A stretch of DNA of 64,000 nucleotides. Origin: Felis catus (lineage: Eukaryota). The DNA is taken from positions 7,998,001 to 8,062,000 of the forward strand of contig NC_058368.1 in assembly GCF_018350175.1 (NCBI RefSeq), in the 5' to 3' direction. Below, in pieces: positions 24,511 to 38,046 of the stretch (within the stretch, counting starts at the first letter, position 1; the number at the start of each line of letters is the position of its first letter). The position numbers and the translations under genes were made by a program. The notes beneath the pieces were generated by a model, which searched no databases, had not been told where the DNA came from, and saw only the letters and a list, made by a program, of their open reading frames with translations.

Positions 24511-27500
24511 ATATGCTCTGGGCTTATTAATAGTATATACTTCCTCTGCAATTTGCTTCAAGGAAGGGCCAAGAATGAACTTGCCTGACATATTCTAATA
24601 CAAACATTTTTTGTTTTGTAGGACCATAGATACAGAAGAGGTCACGGTTCCATTAATATCACCAGTAAAACCACTTACAACTCCCATAGGACGCATTTGT
24701 CTTTGTCACAAAATTAAAAATGACTTCTAAACCCCGCCAGCACTGCAGAGTGGTTTCCTGAGGCCAAATTGGCTGGTTGTCGAGTGAGGAAGAGCTGCTC
24801 CAAAGATTGTCGGTGTTCTGGCAGTGCAGACATGCTGTCACCAGGGACTCGCGCCGACGCACAGCTAGGTAGAGGTCATGCCACCCTCCCCTCTCTGAGC
24901 CCGCAGAGCTCAAAGCCATGAGAGGAAACTGGCACAGAATAGGAGGTTTTCTCATCCGATGCGAGTATCTGGGCTACATCCTTCAGGACAACAAGCGGGC
25001 TCGGACACAGAGAAAGATCAAACAGGGATCCTTGCTCTGAATGGTATTACATCTATTTTTTAAACGGGTTTTTCGTTTTTCCTTTTGAAATATGTACTCG
25101 CTCTGGCACATTAAGGCACACAGACACAGAAGCCCCAGCATGCCGTCCTCATTCCACTCCATCCCCACCGGCATCGCCTGGGAGTTCTTCCACTGGGTTC
25201 GGAGCAAGCAAATGACTCAAAAAATTCAAGGAAGCTCTGTGGAGTTGGAGAGGAGCTCAAAAGTAAATATCTTATTTCCGAGCACCTTCTCATTTGTATG
25301 ATTTTTATGAGATTTTTCCTAATTTCCTTTCATTTCAGTTTCTTTACCTCTAATTCCTGGTCATGAGGACGCCTCATTATTTTAAAGGAGGATGTGATTT
25401 TAATTGATTGAGGACGAAGTGAGGAGGATGAACCAATACCGTGAAAAGGGCTCCCTCTAGACACAGGAGTCTTCATATCACACGGGTCCTTCATATTGTG
25501 GACCATACTTAGTGCCCAAGGAGAGTCGGTTGATCAGGAAAATATTTCATGTGAAATACGAGCAAAAAAAAAAAATTGTGGGGCCAGGGGAGGCAATTCC
25601 CACACTGACTTATAGGGCCCATCAAAGCCTTTGCAAATTTGAAGCAGAGCTTTGGAGCAACCAGAAGAAACCCGAAGTTGCTATGCTAATATTAGATAAA
25701 ATATACTCTAAAACAAGAAATTTTGCTAGAGATAAAGAAGGATACTTTATAATAAGAATGGGGGCAATGTATCAGGAAGATATAATTATAAACATATGCA
25801 ACTAACAACAGGGTACCAAAATACAGAAGGCAAAAACTGACAGAAACGAAGACAGAAATAGACAACTCAACAGTCATAGATGAAAATCTCAATATCCCAC
25901 TTTCAATAACAGCAGAACAACTAGACGGAAAACAAAAAAGAGGACTCGAACAACACTACTAACCAACCAGACCAAACAGACACCTGTAAGAGATCCATCA
26001 CAGTAGTATATACATTCCTCTCAAGTACACAGCGAACATTCTCTAGGATAAATTGTATGCTAGGCCATGGAACAAAACATGGATAAAAAGATAGGAATAA
26101 GACAAAGTGTGTTCTCCAACTACTGTGGAATGAAAACAGAAATCAGTAACAGCAAGAAACTTGGAAGGAGCACACATTAAACAACACATTCCTAACCAGC
26201 AAACGAAGCAAAGAAGAAATCAAAAGGGAAATTAGAAAATACCTTGAGATGAATGAAAATGAAGACATCACATTCCAAAACTTATGGGATGGAGCTAAAA
26301 TTTATAGCTGTGTTGAGGGAAATTTACAGTTGCATGCCTACAACTTGAAAAAGGAGTAAAGAGATCTCAAACCAATAACCCACTCTTCCACCTTAGAACT
26401 CTAGGGAAAGAACAGGAGACTAAATCAAAAGGGAGCAGAAGGGAGGAAAAAATGAAGATTAGAGTAGAAATTAATGAAATAGAAAACAGAAAAACAATAG
26501 AGCAAAATCCGTGAAACCGAGAGCTAGTTCTTCGAAAAGATGCACAAATTGGAAAACCTTTAAACAGACAAACCAAGACAAGAGAAAGAGAAGACAAATC
26601 AATAAATCAGAGATGAAACAGTAGGCATTACTAAATGTCTAAATTACTAAAATAAAAAGCATTATAAAGGAACATTGTAATTGTTTGCCAGTAAGTTCGA
26701 TAACATGAAATGGACAAGTTCCTACAAAGACATGTACTACAGAAACTAACTCAAGGAGAAAGAGACCACCCAAATAGACCCATAGTAAATAAAGAGACTG
26801 AATTAGTAACCCAAATATTACCAACAAAGAAAAGCCCAGGCCCAGATGGCAAGAGAATTTTATCAAACCTTTAAATAACTAACACCAACTCTTCAAAAAA
26901 CTTTTCTACAACAGAAGGGAAAACTTCCCAATTCATTTGACGAGGGTAGTGGTACCCTGATACCGAAACCAAAGATATCACAAGGAAACCACAGATCAGT
27001 ATCTTTTGTGAATGTGGACACAACAAAACCTCAATAAAACACTACCACATTGAATATATATAAAGAGACTTATACATCATAACTAAGTGGGATTTGTTCC
27101 AGGAATGCAAGACTGGTTTAATATCCAAAAATCAACATCGTTAATATATCATATCAGTAGAATAAAAAACAAAAGGCACACGATCATTTCAATAGATGCA
27201 GAAAAAGCATTTGACAAAAGCCAAACCCCTTTCACGATAAAAACACTCAACAAACCGGTAATAGAAAAGAACTTCCTCAACCTGCTAAGGGCATCTGCAA
27301 AAACAAACAAACAAACAAACAAACAAACCAAGACAAAACAAAACCTGACAACCAACAACCAATGTCATACTAATGATGAAATACTGGATGCTTTCCCCTT
27401 AAGATGAGGAGCAAGGCAAGGTCACTATTTCGATTCAACACTGCACTAGAGGCTCAATGGCTATCATAAATAATGCAATATCCTAGCCAGCACAATTAGG

Positions 27501-27879
27501 CAAGAAGAAGAAAAACTAAAAGGCACCCATATTTGAAAAGAAGAGGTAAAATTTTGTTTTCAGATGACATACTCTTCTATTTAGAAAATCCTAAGGAATT
27601 CACTAAAAAAAAACTATTAGAACAGTAAATAAGATGGCAGGATCCAAGATCAACATACAAAAATGAATTATATTTCTATATACTTGCAATGAACAATCTG
27701 AAAATGAAATTAAGAAAACAATTCCCACAGCATCAAAAAGAACAAAGTACTCAGGAATACGTTTAGCACAAGACGCGTAAAACTTATACTTTGAAACTAT
27801 AAAAACATTGTGGAAAGAAATTAAAAGATACAAATAAATTTTTGAAGCATCCCATGTTCACGGATTGATATTAAGATGG

Positions 27880-28357
27880 AGCCAAAGTATGGAAAGAACC
27901 TGAATGTCCCTGACTGATGAAGGGACAAAGAAGATGTGGTGTATATATAGTCAGTGGAATATTACTCAGCGATGAAAAAGAATGAAATCCTGCCATTTGC
28001 GACAATGTGGATGGAACTAGAGAGTATTACGCTAAGCAAAATAAGTCAGTCAGAAAAAGATATATGATTTCACTCATATGTGGAATTTGAGAAACTCAAA
28101 TGAACAGAGGGCAAGGGAAAGAAAAATAAGATGAAAAGAGAAAGGGAGGCAAACCATAAGAGACTCTTAAATACAGAGAACAAACTTAGGGTTGCTGGAG
28201 GGGAGGTGGGTGGGGCATGGGTTAAATGGGTGATGGGCATTAAGGAGGCACTTTCCAGGATAAACACTGGGTGTCATGTGTAAGAGATAAACCACCGGGT
28301 TCTACTAAAGCCAAGACACCAGTGTTTGTTCACTAACTAGAATTTAAATTTTCAAAA
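27880..28357 (+). mobile_element. 5'-truncated younger carnivore-type L1 3' end inserted in the old L1
   Basis: ORF2 end and 3' UTR (aagaatgaaatcctgccatttgcgacaatgtggatggaactagag...gatgggcattaaggagg) between direct repeats aagatgg (27873-27879 / 28358-28364). Confidence 0.85.
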
Positions 28358-28983
28358 AAGATGGCACTGCTCCCCAAATTATTCTATAGATTCCATGCAA
28401 TCCCTATCAGCATTCCAGCTAACCTGACAAGCTGATTCTAAACCTCAAAACTGCGAAGAATCCAGAGCAGCCAAAATAATCTTGAAAAAGAAGACTAAAG
28501 TCGGAAGACTTTCACTTCTCAATTTCAGAAGTTACTAGCAAGCCTATAAATGACAGTGACTAAGACAGTGTGATACTGGCATAAGGACAGACACACAGAT
28601 CAATGGAGTAGAATGAAGACTCCAGAAATAAGTCAATGAGTCTACAGTCAATTGAGCTTTGGCAAGGGAGCCAAGATCATTCGGTGGGAAAAGAATGGGC
28701 TTCCCAACAAATGGTGAAGTCACTTCACACGCAAGGAAATGGGGTTGTACTTTACATCACACCATACACAGATATTAACTCGAAATGGATCGAAGCCCTA
28801 AGCGCTAAAACTAAAACTTTAAAACTTAAAAGGAGCCACAGAGGTAAATCTTCGTGATCTCAGCTTTGGCATTGGGTTCTTACATACAATACAAGCAACA
28901 AAAGAAAAACAATAGATGAATTGTGCTTCATCAAAATTTAAAACTTTTGTGCTTCAAACAGTACGATCAAGAAAGTGAAAAGA

Positions 28984-29204
28984 GGGGCGCCTGGGTGGCG
29001 CAGTCGGTTAAGCGTCCGACTTCAGCCAGGTCACGATCTCGCGGTCCGTGAGTTCGAGCCCCGCGTCGGGCTCCGGGCTGATGGCTCAGAGCCTGGAGCC
29101 TGTTTCCGATTCTGTGTCTCCCTCTCTCTCTGCCCCTCCCCCCGTTCATGCTCTGTCTCTCTCTGTCCCAAAAATAAACGTTGGAAAAAAAAAAAAAAAA
29201 AAGA
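28984..29204 (+). mobile_element. Can-SINE, young variant, inside L1
   Basis: Perfect 15-bp TSD aagaaagtgaaaaga (28969-28983 / 29205-29219). Confidence 0.95.
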
Positions 29205-29468
29205 AAGAAAGTGAAAAGAACTCACGGAATGAGAGAAAATATTTGCAAATTATAGATCTGATAAGGGATTTGTATCTAGAATATCTAGAATGTGTTTATA
29301 CATATCTAGAATATATTAAAACCTAGACATATATATGTATCTATAACATACAGCACAATATTTTATGCCTAGGTGATATTAAGTACAATTATATAAAATT
29401 TATTAATATAATAAAAAATTGAGGAACTCTTACAACTCATTAATAAAGATAAATAGCCTAATGAAAAA

Positions 29469-29686
29469 GGGGCGCCTGGATGGCTCAGTCGGTTGAGCGT
29501 CCGACTTCAGCTCAGGTTATGATCTCACAGTCCGTGAGTTCAAGCCCCATGTCGGGCTCTGTGCTGACAGCTCAGAGCCTGGAGCCTGCTTTGGATTCTG
29601 TGTCTCCCTCTCTCTCTCTCTCTGCCCCTCTCCCCTCATGCTCTGTCTCTCTGTCAAAAATAAACATTAAAAAATTTTTGAAAAAA
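29469..29686 (+). mobile_element. Can-SINE inside L1
   Basis: Head, (CT)n and tail. Confidence 0.93.
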
Positions 29687-29855
29687 GAAAAAGGCTATTT
29701 TTTCACAGCCTGGAAAAAGGCTCTGAATAGACATTTCTCCAAAGAAGATACACCAGTGGCTAAGAAGCACAAAAACAGATGTTCAACATCATGAACCATC
29801 AGTAAAATTCAAATCCAAACTACAACAAGATCCTGCTTCACATCCAGTAGGATGG

Positions 29856-29856
29856 C

Positions 29857-29894
<38 letters not shown>

Positions 29895-29900
29895 AACAAC
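29856..29900 (+). repeat. (CAA)n trinucleotide microsatellite within L1
   Basis: Run of caa units seen directly. Confidence 0.9.
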
Positions 29901-30427
29901 CCACACTAACAAGTACTGGCCAGGATTTGGAGAAACTGGAACGCTCATGTACTGTTGGTGGGAATGTAAAATGGCGTAGCCACTTCGGAAAAACAGTCTG
30001 GCATTTCTTCACGTGGTTAAACGTAGAGTTACCATATGACCCGGCAATTCCTCCCCTAGGTATCTTCCCAAGAAAGTGAAGACTTACGTCCGCACAAAAA
30101 CTTGGATACGAATGTCATGGCCAAAAGGTGGGAACAACTCAGATGTCCGTGTACTGATCAACGGAGAGCCATACAGTGGGATGCCATCCAGGCAACAAAA
30201 AGAAATGAAACGCTGACACGTGGCACAACGTAATGTGGATAAGCTTTGAAACGTGCGGAGTGAAAAAAGTCAGCATGTATTTATATATTTAATGACAAAA
30301 CGCCACGTATTTCGTTATTCTCTTTATATGAAATATCCAGACGAGGCAAACCGATCAGGACAGAAGGAGATTAGTGGTCGCTTCGGGCCAGGAGGGAAGG
30401 AGGGATAAATGGTGGTAATTCTGAAAT

Positions 30428-30527
30428 TCAGTCGGTGGAGCGTCCGACTTCCGCTCAGGTCATGATCTCACGGTTTCTGAGTTCGAGCCCCACATGGGGC
30501 TCTGTGCTGACAGCTCAGAGCCTGGAG
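30428..30527 (+). mobile_element. Can-SINE internal fragment (no head start, no tail)
   Basis: tcagtcggtggagcgtccgactt...gacagctcagagcctggag followed by unrelated sequence. Confidence 0.85.
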
Positions 30528-31490
30528 GTTTCTGCCAGTTAGGTCAGATACGGTACACAGATCTTTCTGTTACAGCAAGGCAAACCCAGAAAGCTCCTCA
30601 TGTTCCAGACTCCAGCTGCTGTCCTAAACTTTCAACGATTTTTAAATGTATTATGCGTGCGGTACAAAATAAGAAACGCCTCCATTTACAAAAGCTCTTT
30701 CCTGACTACCCTTCTTCAGAAGAGAAACAGGTTTTGCCTGGGCTCACATCGAGGCCCCACTGACCTAATTACAGCAGCTAACTGGACATAGCAAGAGAGG
30801 AGAAAAGGGCAAGGATTAGAAAGGAGAGAAGAGAACACAGAAGACAGTCCGCCCTTGTTCCTTCCTCTTGCGTTTCCACGAACTTGCTCTTTGAAACATG
30901 GGTGGCTAGCTGTAGATCAGGGTAATCAACCACCTCTCAGCCCCGTGTCCAGCACTGGCTGGACAGAGCCAGCTCCTGTTTCTGGAGATGTCAGGAGCAG
31001 CAAGAAAAAAGGTGAAATCAGGACACATCACGTACCCAGCACTGTGCATAAAGCACAGTCTGTGAACTCAAGGTCCTTATGCTGTAATCTAGCCGTATGG
31101 TCAAGGCACATGCTTCTCCCGCACAGACGTGCTCAGACTGACTACAGGAAAAAGTACTAAATGGTGCCTTAAAGGAGAATGGAAGTATCATTCTTTAAAA
31201 ACCACAGCTAAGATCTAGATAAGTTAGTTGAAGATCTAAACAAGAGTGGAGCGCTGGGTAGATGGAAATCTCGACCCGACCACAAGATCAAGGCAGGCCG
31301 AGGTCTCAGGCTTCCCCTGCGCCCTGGAACCCCGCTCACTGGGTGTTCACACCGAGCTGCCTAGCGGATTTTGGGGTTCACCGAATGAGTGACCTTTGTC
31401 AAGCTCTTCATCTTCATCAACTGTAGCATCCCAAAAAGAAAAGGAAAAGAGGAGGACAGAAAAGATGGTAAGAAGGAAGAGAGGAAGAGT

Positions 31491-31746
31491 GGGAAAGGAA
31501 GGAAGGAAGGAAGGAAGGAAGGAAGGAAGGAAGGAAGGAAGGAAGGAAGGAAGGAAGGGAGGAAGGGAGGGAGGGAGGGAGGGAGGGAGGGAGGGAGGAG
31601 GGAGGGGAGGGAGGGAGGGAGGGAGGGAGGGAGGGGAGGGAGGGAAGGGAGGGAGGGAGGGAGGGAGGAGGGAGGGAAGGAAGGAAGGAAGGAAGGAAGG
31701 AAGGAAGGAAGGAAGGAAGGAAGGAAAGAAAGAAGGAAGGGAGGGA
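31491..31746 (+). repeat. Compound (GGAA)n-(GGGA)n-(GGAA)n homopurine microsatellite
   Basis: 256 consecutive purines, with degenerate purine-rich flanks to about 31880. Confidence 0.97.
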
Positions 31747-33399
31747 CAAAGGAAGGAAGAGAAGAAGGAAAGATGGAAGGAAGGACGGACAGATGGAAAG
31801 ATGGAAGAAAGGACAGATGGCAGGAAGCAAAGAAAGAAATGAAATGGAAATGAAGGAGAGAGGAGAGGAAAAGACAAGGGGCTCTGAAGGACTACTGTGA
31901 CTCTTTCTTCTACCGCCAAGATCTTGGCCGTGGTCCCAAGTCCTACTATTCCCAGTTCTACCTCTGAATCATCAGTTGCAAAACTGTTAACAGGCTTTTA
32001 CGATATCCTATCCCAGTCTCTCATGTTAAAGAAGAGGAAACAGAGGCCCAGAGAGGAGAGGCCTTCCCACAAGCACAGGAATAATATTAATGGCTGAGCC
32101 AAAACTGGATTCAGGTTTCCGGATTCTAGACCATTGTCTCTCCACCAAATCAAAATCTGGCCCTAACCCTCCTGAGTGACTCGGGAGCAACACCACCTTC
32201 AAATACCCACCTCAATGGGAGAAATGGTGGCACAGAGGAGGGGTAACACGGATCTTCTGACAGAAGTTAAAAATACAAAACGAGAGACTGGTAAGTAATT
32301 CTCACCATTAAAATCCAGCTGAGTTAGCTCTCTCTGCTGTAAGGTGCCAGCGCCCCTGTGGTCATCTCTGTGACAGCCCCGTCCCCACCCAGGGCGGTCA
32401 GAGCAAGCCCTGTTTTACCAGGGCTGGAAATCCTGCCAAGGGTATAGCCAGCAAGTACAGGGGGACCTTGGCCACAGGCCTCTCCAGCCAGGACACGGGT
32501 TCTCCCAGGGGGCAGCTATCGGGCTAACGTTCCCTCCACAGTCGAGGGCACAGGGAGTCAGCAGCCAGGGCTCTGTTCACATCCTACACGGGCAACCTGT
32601 GCCACCACGGGACTCTCCGGCCACAGCCTCCTCATCTAGGAAACGCAGCAAACACTCTCCCACACCCACACTGATGATCCGTCGTTCATTCACTTGAAAG
32701 GTTCCCACTGGGCGCCACACAGTGACATCCCTCTGGGGGCCGGGCGGGGGAGGCAAACAAATGGAGCAGCAGGATGAGAGACAGTGAGAAAGCTGGCCGT
32801 TGGGTGCGTGGGGACCAGGTCTGAGAGAGGCAATCCTTGCTCTGGGTGGCCGGCGGTTGCCAAGCGGAACAGGGGCCAGGATGGCTAATTTCCAGTTTGC
32901 GGAGACAAGTAGGGAATCAGGTTTTGATGCGAAGTCCTCTAATTATTAAATATTGGCAGCCAAAAGCACTGTGCCTGCCAGTCAAAACGTATGTCGGCTG
33001 AATGTGGTCCCCACGCTTGCAGTCCACAATCCTGTGCCACACTGCACCTTCCCCCCCTACCCCCCCAGCTCTGGTTTACATTGCACACAAAGCCCCGAGG
33101 GGGCTGGGGCAGAAGCCCGGGCAGGGTCATGTTGGAAAAGAGCGGGGGCTTCGGAATCATCCCGATCTGGGTCCAAAGCTGGACGTGCGCCACCTCGAGC
33201 ACCGTATCAGATTTCTGCAACTTTTCCGTAAAAGGCGACCTACGATGGAATTTATTCCAGTGGGCTGTTTGTACGAAGCACAGAACGAACCTGAGCCACA
33301 TGTCGGTAAGTGACAGCGACACGTGCCAAGTCCCCGGTGAGCCTCAACAGCGGGAGGACGCTGAGGCATCATCTCGTCCAAACCCACCCAGTGAGCACC

Positions 33400-33870
33400 T
33401 GCCCTATGTTTGAATAGCCAGACACACGGGGAACTCACCACGTCCCGAGACACTTCATTTTGGACAGCGTTGGACGTTAGAAAGTATTTCCTTATGTCAA
33501 GCTGAAAGCTGCCTATCTTGACTTCTTTCATTCTTAGATAGCAGTTCTGTCATCTAGGGTCATAGAGCTGAAGAAGCTTGGTCTCTTCCTCATATAAGAA
33601 AACTTTGGGGGCGCCTGGGTGGCTCAGTCGGTTAAGCGGCCGACTTCGGCTCAGGTCACGATCTCACGGTCCGTGAGTTCGAGCCCCGCATCGGGCTCTG
33701 TGCTGATGGCTCAGAGCCTGGAGCCTGCTTCAGATTCTGTGTCTCCCTCTCTCTCTGGCCCTCCCCCCGTTCATCTGTCTCAAAAATAAATAAAAATTTT
33801 TTTTTTAAAAAAAGAAAACTTTGAAAGAGGCTATCACTTAGTGCCTCCCATTTTCCCCCGTGCAATTCTT
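33400..33870 (-). mobile_element. CR1/L3 LINE relic (ORF2 C-terminus), split by a Can-SINE
   Basis: Translation GSFQLDIRKYFLTSNAVQ...SRDVVSSPCVWLFKHR resembles the CR1 ORF2 terminal motif (RFRLDIRKxFxTxRVVxxWNxLPREVVESPSLEVFKxR). Confidence 0.75.
33607..33810 (+). mobile_element. Can-SINE
   Basis: TSD aagaaaacttt. Confidence 0.95.
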
Positions 33871-35924
33871 TACCTCTTCAGACATTTCAGTTCCTTTCTC
33901 GGGCTGTTCCTTGCCAGCGAAGATCATAAAGTCATCCAATTATTTACAGCCCCCAACCCTTTGAGGCGGGTGCCCATTTTACAGATGGTGACAATGCAGT
34001 TTGGAGGGGTCGAGCAACTTGCTTAAAATTCCCGTTTGCACGGTCCATCCTGAAGCACAAACTAAACGGCAAGACGGGCACCGCCTTTATTCTGAATGCC
34101 ACGTATTCACTAACGCAGCCCGAGACTGGATTCATTGCCTTGGCCGAGGTGGAGTCTCCCTCGTGCGCACTCGTTCAGCCACAGCCTCCCCCAGAAGGCC
34201 CCAGGGCGGCCAGTGGGTTTTGCAAGCCACACATAGTCCTTCACACTAATTACTGTCACATCTCGTTTTGTTAATCCCAGTTCGCTATTCTGTCTGCAGG
34301 AGACTTTTTGGATCGTGATCCCGTCACATGACAGGTGAGTTTTTGCTCCCAAGATTTTACTCATTTGCTCGGCGTGCCCTCAATTTCCTCGTCCAAGTCC
34401 GGGAGGTGAGGTGAGGCTAGCGTAACTGAAAAATCCCACATCGGTCTCTTTTATTTGGCGAACATTCTTGAGCACTTCCCGTCACTGGACCCTGCACCGG
34501 GTGCTTAAGCTCGCACGGTCAGCCCTGGTCCTCCCCGAGGCTGGAGGTGGGGGGGGGGGTCCCATGTGAAAGGAATGTTCCAAAGCTAGTTCGGGGGACC
34601 CTGAGGAGGTTTCCAGAATGGGGGGGGGTGTTTAACTTGAGACCTGCTGGTACAGAAGAGCTGGAGGGAGGCATGGGAAGGCGGGGCGGGGGAAGCACAC
34701 CAGGCAGAAGGTCCCTAGTCTGTGTTCCTTGGCTCATCATAACCTATTTCATTTGCTCGAACAATTACCGGCCCCTTGAGAGTTGAGGGCCTCATCTCTG
34801 TGATTTCTACTCTGCCCAGCATGCCGCCTTTCACACAGAGTAATTACTGCCAATTGATCCTCCCAAGTGCAGGCACAGGGCTGTGTCTATTATCTCATTT
34901 AATCTCCTAATGACCCCAGAAGTAATACTCTTCCCATCTTACAGGCCAGGAGGCTGAGGCTCAGCAGCTGGTCGAATGAACAACAGGAGGCGTCGTCACA
35001 GTAGACACGCAGGTGGTCCACACGGCAGGCCCAACGCTAAAACGCAATGTTTCACCCTCACCTCGCAAGTTCACGGGTACGACCTCTCGACCGCTGGAGG
35101 TGGGGAAGGGCAAGCACTCTCCTGCCTTCTCTACCATGTACCACATGCGGGACTTGTGGCAGCAAGTTCCCTGGCCCTTCTGTGAAATGGAGCCGAGAAT
35201 GACAGCGCCACTCGCAGGGCTTCACCATATGCGAAGTGCTTAGCATGGCGTCCAGCAGGGTAAGACCTCGGGGTTAACGATCGTTCTAAGGAATTTGTCC
35301 AAAGTCGAAGACTTAGCCGGAATCAGAACAGGGATTTGAACCTAATTGGAATCCGAGCATGTCGTTGACATAGTGAGCATGTGATGAGGGTGTTTACGGT
35401 CCCAGTAAGTCACCGATTTTTAAGTAGCACCATCGGTGAGCCACGAGGATGCCCAGGTAACCCCGAAAGCCTGCCACAGACGACCAAACAACGGATCTTT
35501 TCAAGAGTAAAGGAAAACTTAAGAGTATCAGACCCGCAAGGACCATAAAGATCCAAACAGAGCTTCTCTTGGTCTCCGGGCAGGGCAGGCATTTTGTTAT
35601 CATTGTTAAAGAACGTTACAAAATGTCAGAAACTTAAAGCCTTTTCAGCTTAAGGGGATTTCTCCTTGAAAAAGTCCCTTGCTCGTTTTTCTTAAAAGAT
35701 TACTTAAAGGAGATTTTTAAAAATCCTTAAAACCATAAAGTTTTGAGGTACTGTTTTCCACGCTTCTTCACCGTACAGGGAAAATGACAGGGCATGGTCA
35801 GTTTTATTGCCTTTGGACTTCACTGCCGTCCTGAGATCTCACGATCGTACCTCAATCGTTAACGTCTCGAAGTCTTAGGTTGTGTCCAAATGGCTCAATC
35901 GAGACTACGTTCATTCTGATTATT

Positions 35925-36132
35925 ATTATTTTTTTTATTTTTATTTTTGGGACAGAGAGAGACAGAGCATGAACGGGGAGGGGCAGAGAGAGAGGGAGAC
36001 ACAGAATCGGAAACAGGCTCCAGGCTCCGAGCCATCAGCCCAGAGCCTGATGCGGGGCTCGAACTCACAGACCGCGAGATCGTGACCTGGCTGAAGTCGG
36101 ATGCTTAACCGACTGCGCCACCCAGGCGCCCC
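35925..36132 (-). mobile_element. Can-SINE, young variant, sense to FLT1 (intron 3)
   Basis: TSD attctgattatt (35913-35924 / 36133-36144). Confidence 0.95.
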
Positions 36133-37872
36133 ATTCTGATTATTTTTTAGTATTTACGTAGCTGTACTCAAGGCCTGGTGATACCCAAGTGTGCAGTTGC
36201 TAGCAAAGCTTAGCAGGCCGGCATGCCCATATTTTCTGGTAGGGAGCCTAGGGAGGGTCGGGAAATGCTCTCTTTCTGAAGGAACGGCCCAAACTTTTGG
36301 CAGGTACCATCAAGCACTCAGGCCGAATCCCTAGGAATATGCTAGGTGACCCCAAGGTCTGGGGCAGGGGCTAAGGAAAGAGAATGCAATGCTCTCGACT
36401 ATCAACAGATCTACCAACATGAGTGGTTTCTATCCCAGTCACACGGAAGTGTTTTCTATGGCCCAAGACCCTTGGCGTCTAATGACAAAAATGTTTCTAG
36501 AAAGGAAATGTGAAATGTCAGGGCTTAAAGATACCAAGAAGGCCTTCTATCAAAATTTCACATAGCTGGAAAGGAGAATGGATAAGAGTTAAGTTACTCT
36601 TCTCTAAACTCGCTCCATGTGGTCCTAATCAGCTGTCCCCAGTGATGGATAGAATGGATAATCTCCTTCATGCTTGGGCCCTAGAGGGAGTACAGACCTA
36701 GGGTGTAGAGGGGTCTGTTTCCCAAGGAAAAAATTCTGCCATTCCAATCAACAGTGTCATCAGCGTATATTTTAAATCCTAGAAATATTTCCTTCCCTTT
36801 TTACACAACCTCATCAAAATGCAAAAAAGAAAAAAAAAAACCCAACAGGCAAAATCTGACCTTGCACTAGATTTCTGATGAAGCTGTATGCAGAGACAGG
36901 CCAGGATGTTCCCAGGAATTCCTTAAAGAAGATCATGCGTGGTAGAATTCCAGAAACGCAAATGACCCTGAAAGTGCTATCGTTTTTGGAAGCCCACCTG
37001 GGTTTCCAGGAGGCCGAGCGCCCCAACTTTGTTCACCCCCATGTGATCATCTGTCTCCTGAACAAACACACGAGGCAACGATGTTAAAATGGCAACAAAC
37101 GAAAACTGACTTTTAAAACTGGAGATGCCCTTCAACATTAACCAAGCAATAACAGATAATGTCATAGATTTTTGCCAGGAAATCCAGACCTAAAGAATTC
37201 AGCCGGCTAGTCCGGGTAAGAGTTTTGTTTGTCAGAGTCAGTCTCAGAATTTTCTTTCGTTCCACAGAATGTAAACTGTTTAAGCCTCTCTCTCCCCTTG
37301 GAGGAGAATTCTGATGAAGAGGAACGGGATTTTCTCTTTAAAGTTTCTCTCACGAAAACATGCCAGCGATTCCACTGAAAGGATTTTAGAAGCTCTGAGA
37401 GTCTGTCCGGCCCTGCGAGGCCCTCCCCGCGCATCACGGTCCTGGCCCGCACCGCGCGGTGGATCTGACCGGACAGGCCAGAGGACGCAATCCCAACAGC
37501 CTTGGCGCGTGCCACCTTACAAATGTTGTCATCACCGCGGGGGGAAAAGGTGGAAGCCACGAGGCTCCGTAAGTAAATCTGCATGCAGACCGCTACTGTT
37601 TTCACTGATGTCCCTGCGTGTAAGGGCAGCTCGGCTGGTTGGATTGGCCACACCAGGAGAGGAAACTGGGCAACAAATGCCAACTGCCCAGACATCACCC
37701 AGCTGAGCTGTGTCACCTGAGCAGCCGGCGAGGGACCCGCTGTGCGTGAGACCCGGGTAGGAACCCAATGGAGGGCAGTGTTAGAACATCCACGCTTCAC
37801 GGGACACTGGCACGGGGGACTCAAGAAGGACCGCTGAAGATTCGTCTTCACTCCTTAGAAAGACCCACTCTT

Positions 37873-37992
37873 TGGGCACCTGGGTGGCTCAGTCAAACGT
37901 CCGGCTTCTGCTCAGGTCCTGATCCCGTGTTTGTGGGCTCGAGCCCCATGTCAAGCTCTGTGCTGACAGCTCAGAGCCTAGAGCCTACTTCA

Positions 37993-38046
<54 letters not shown>

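Larger units (their letters stand above)
25658..30410 (+). mobile_element. Old, degenerate LINE-1 (ORF2 endonuclease through 3' UTR), antisense to FLT1, with nested insertions
   Basis: ORF fragments match L1 ORF2: endonuclease (VAMLILDK...RDKEGYFI), RT ([15 protein letters not shown]...[12 protein letters not shown]) and C-terminus (TVGGNVKW...ELPYDPAIPPLGIFP); many stops and frameshifts. Confidence 0.93.

Noticed and set aside
25658..30410. L1 as an active retroelement or domesticated RT gene
   Set aside because: No ORF1 or 5' UTR seen; many stops, frameshifts and nested insertions
31347..31919. Long ORFs (137-190 aa) on both strands
   Set aside because: Translations of the GGAA/GGGA microsatellite; low complexity with no gene structure
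37380..37570. CpG-rich patch as a possible internal CpG-island promoter
   Set aside because: Short, and CpGs are fairly frequent across the whole window; no other promoter evidence
37207..37851. 214-aa minus-strand ORF, the longest in the track
   Set aside because: No recognisable domain, non-ATG start, GC-rich intronic sequence, and no gap in the FLT1 exon chain that it would fill
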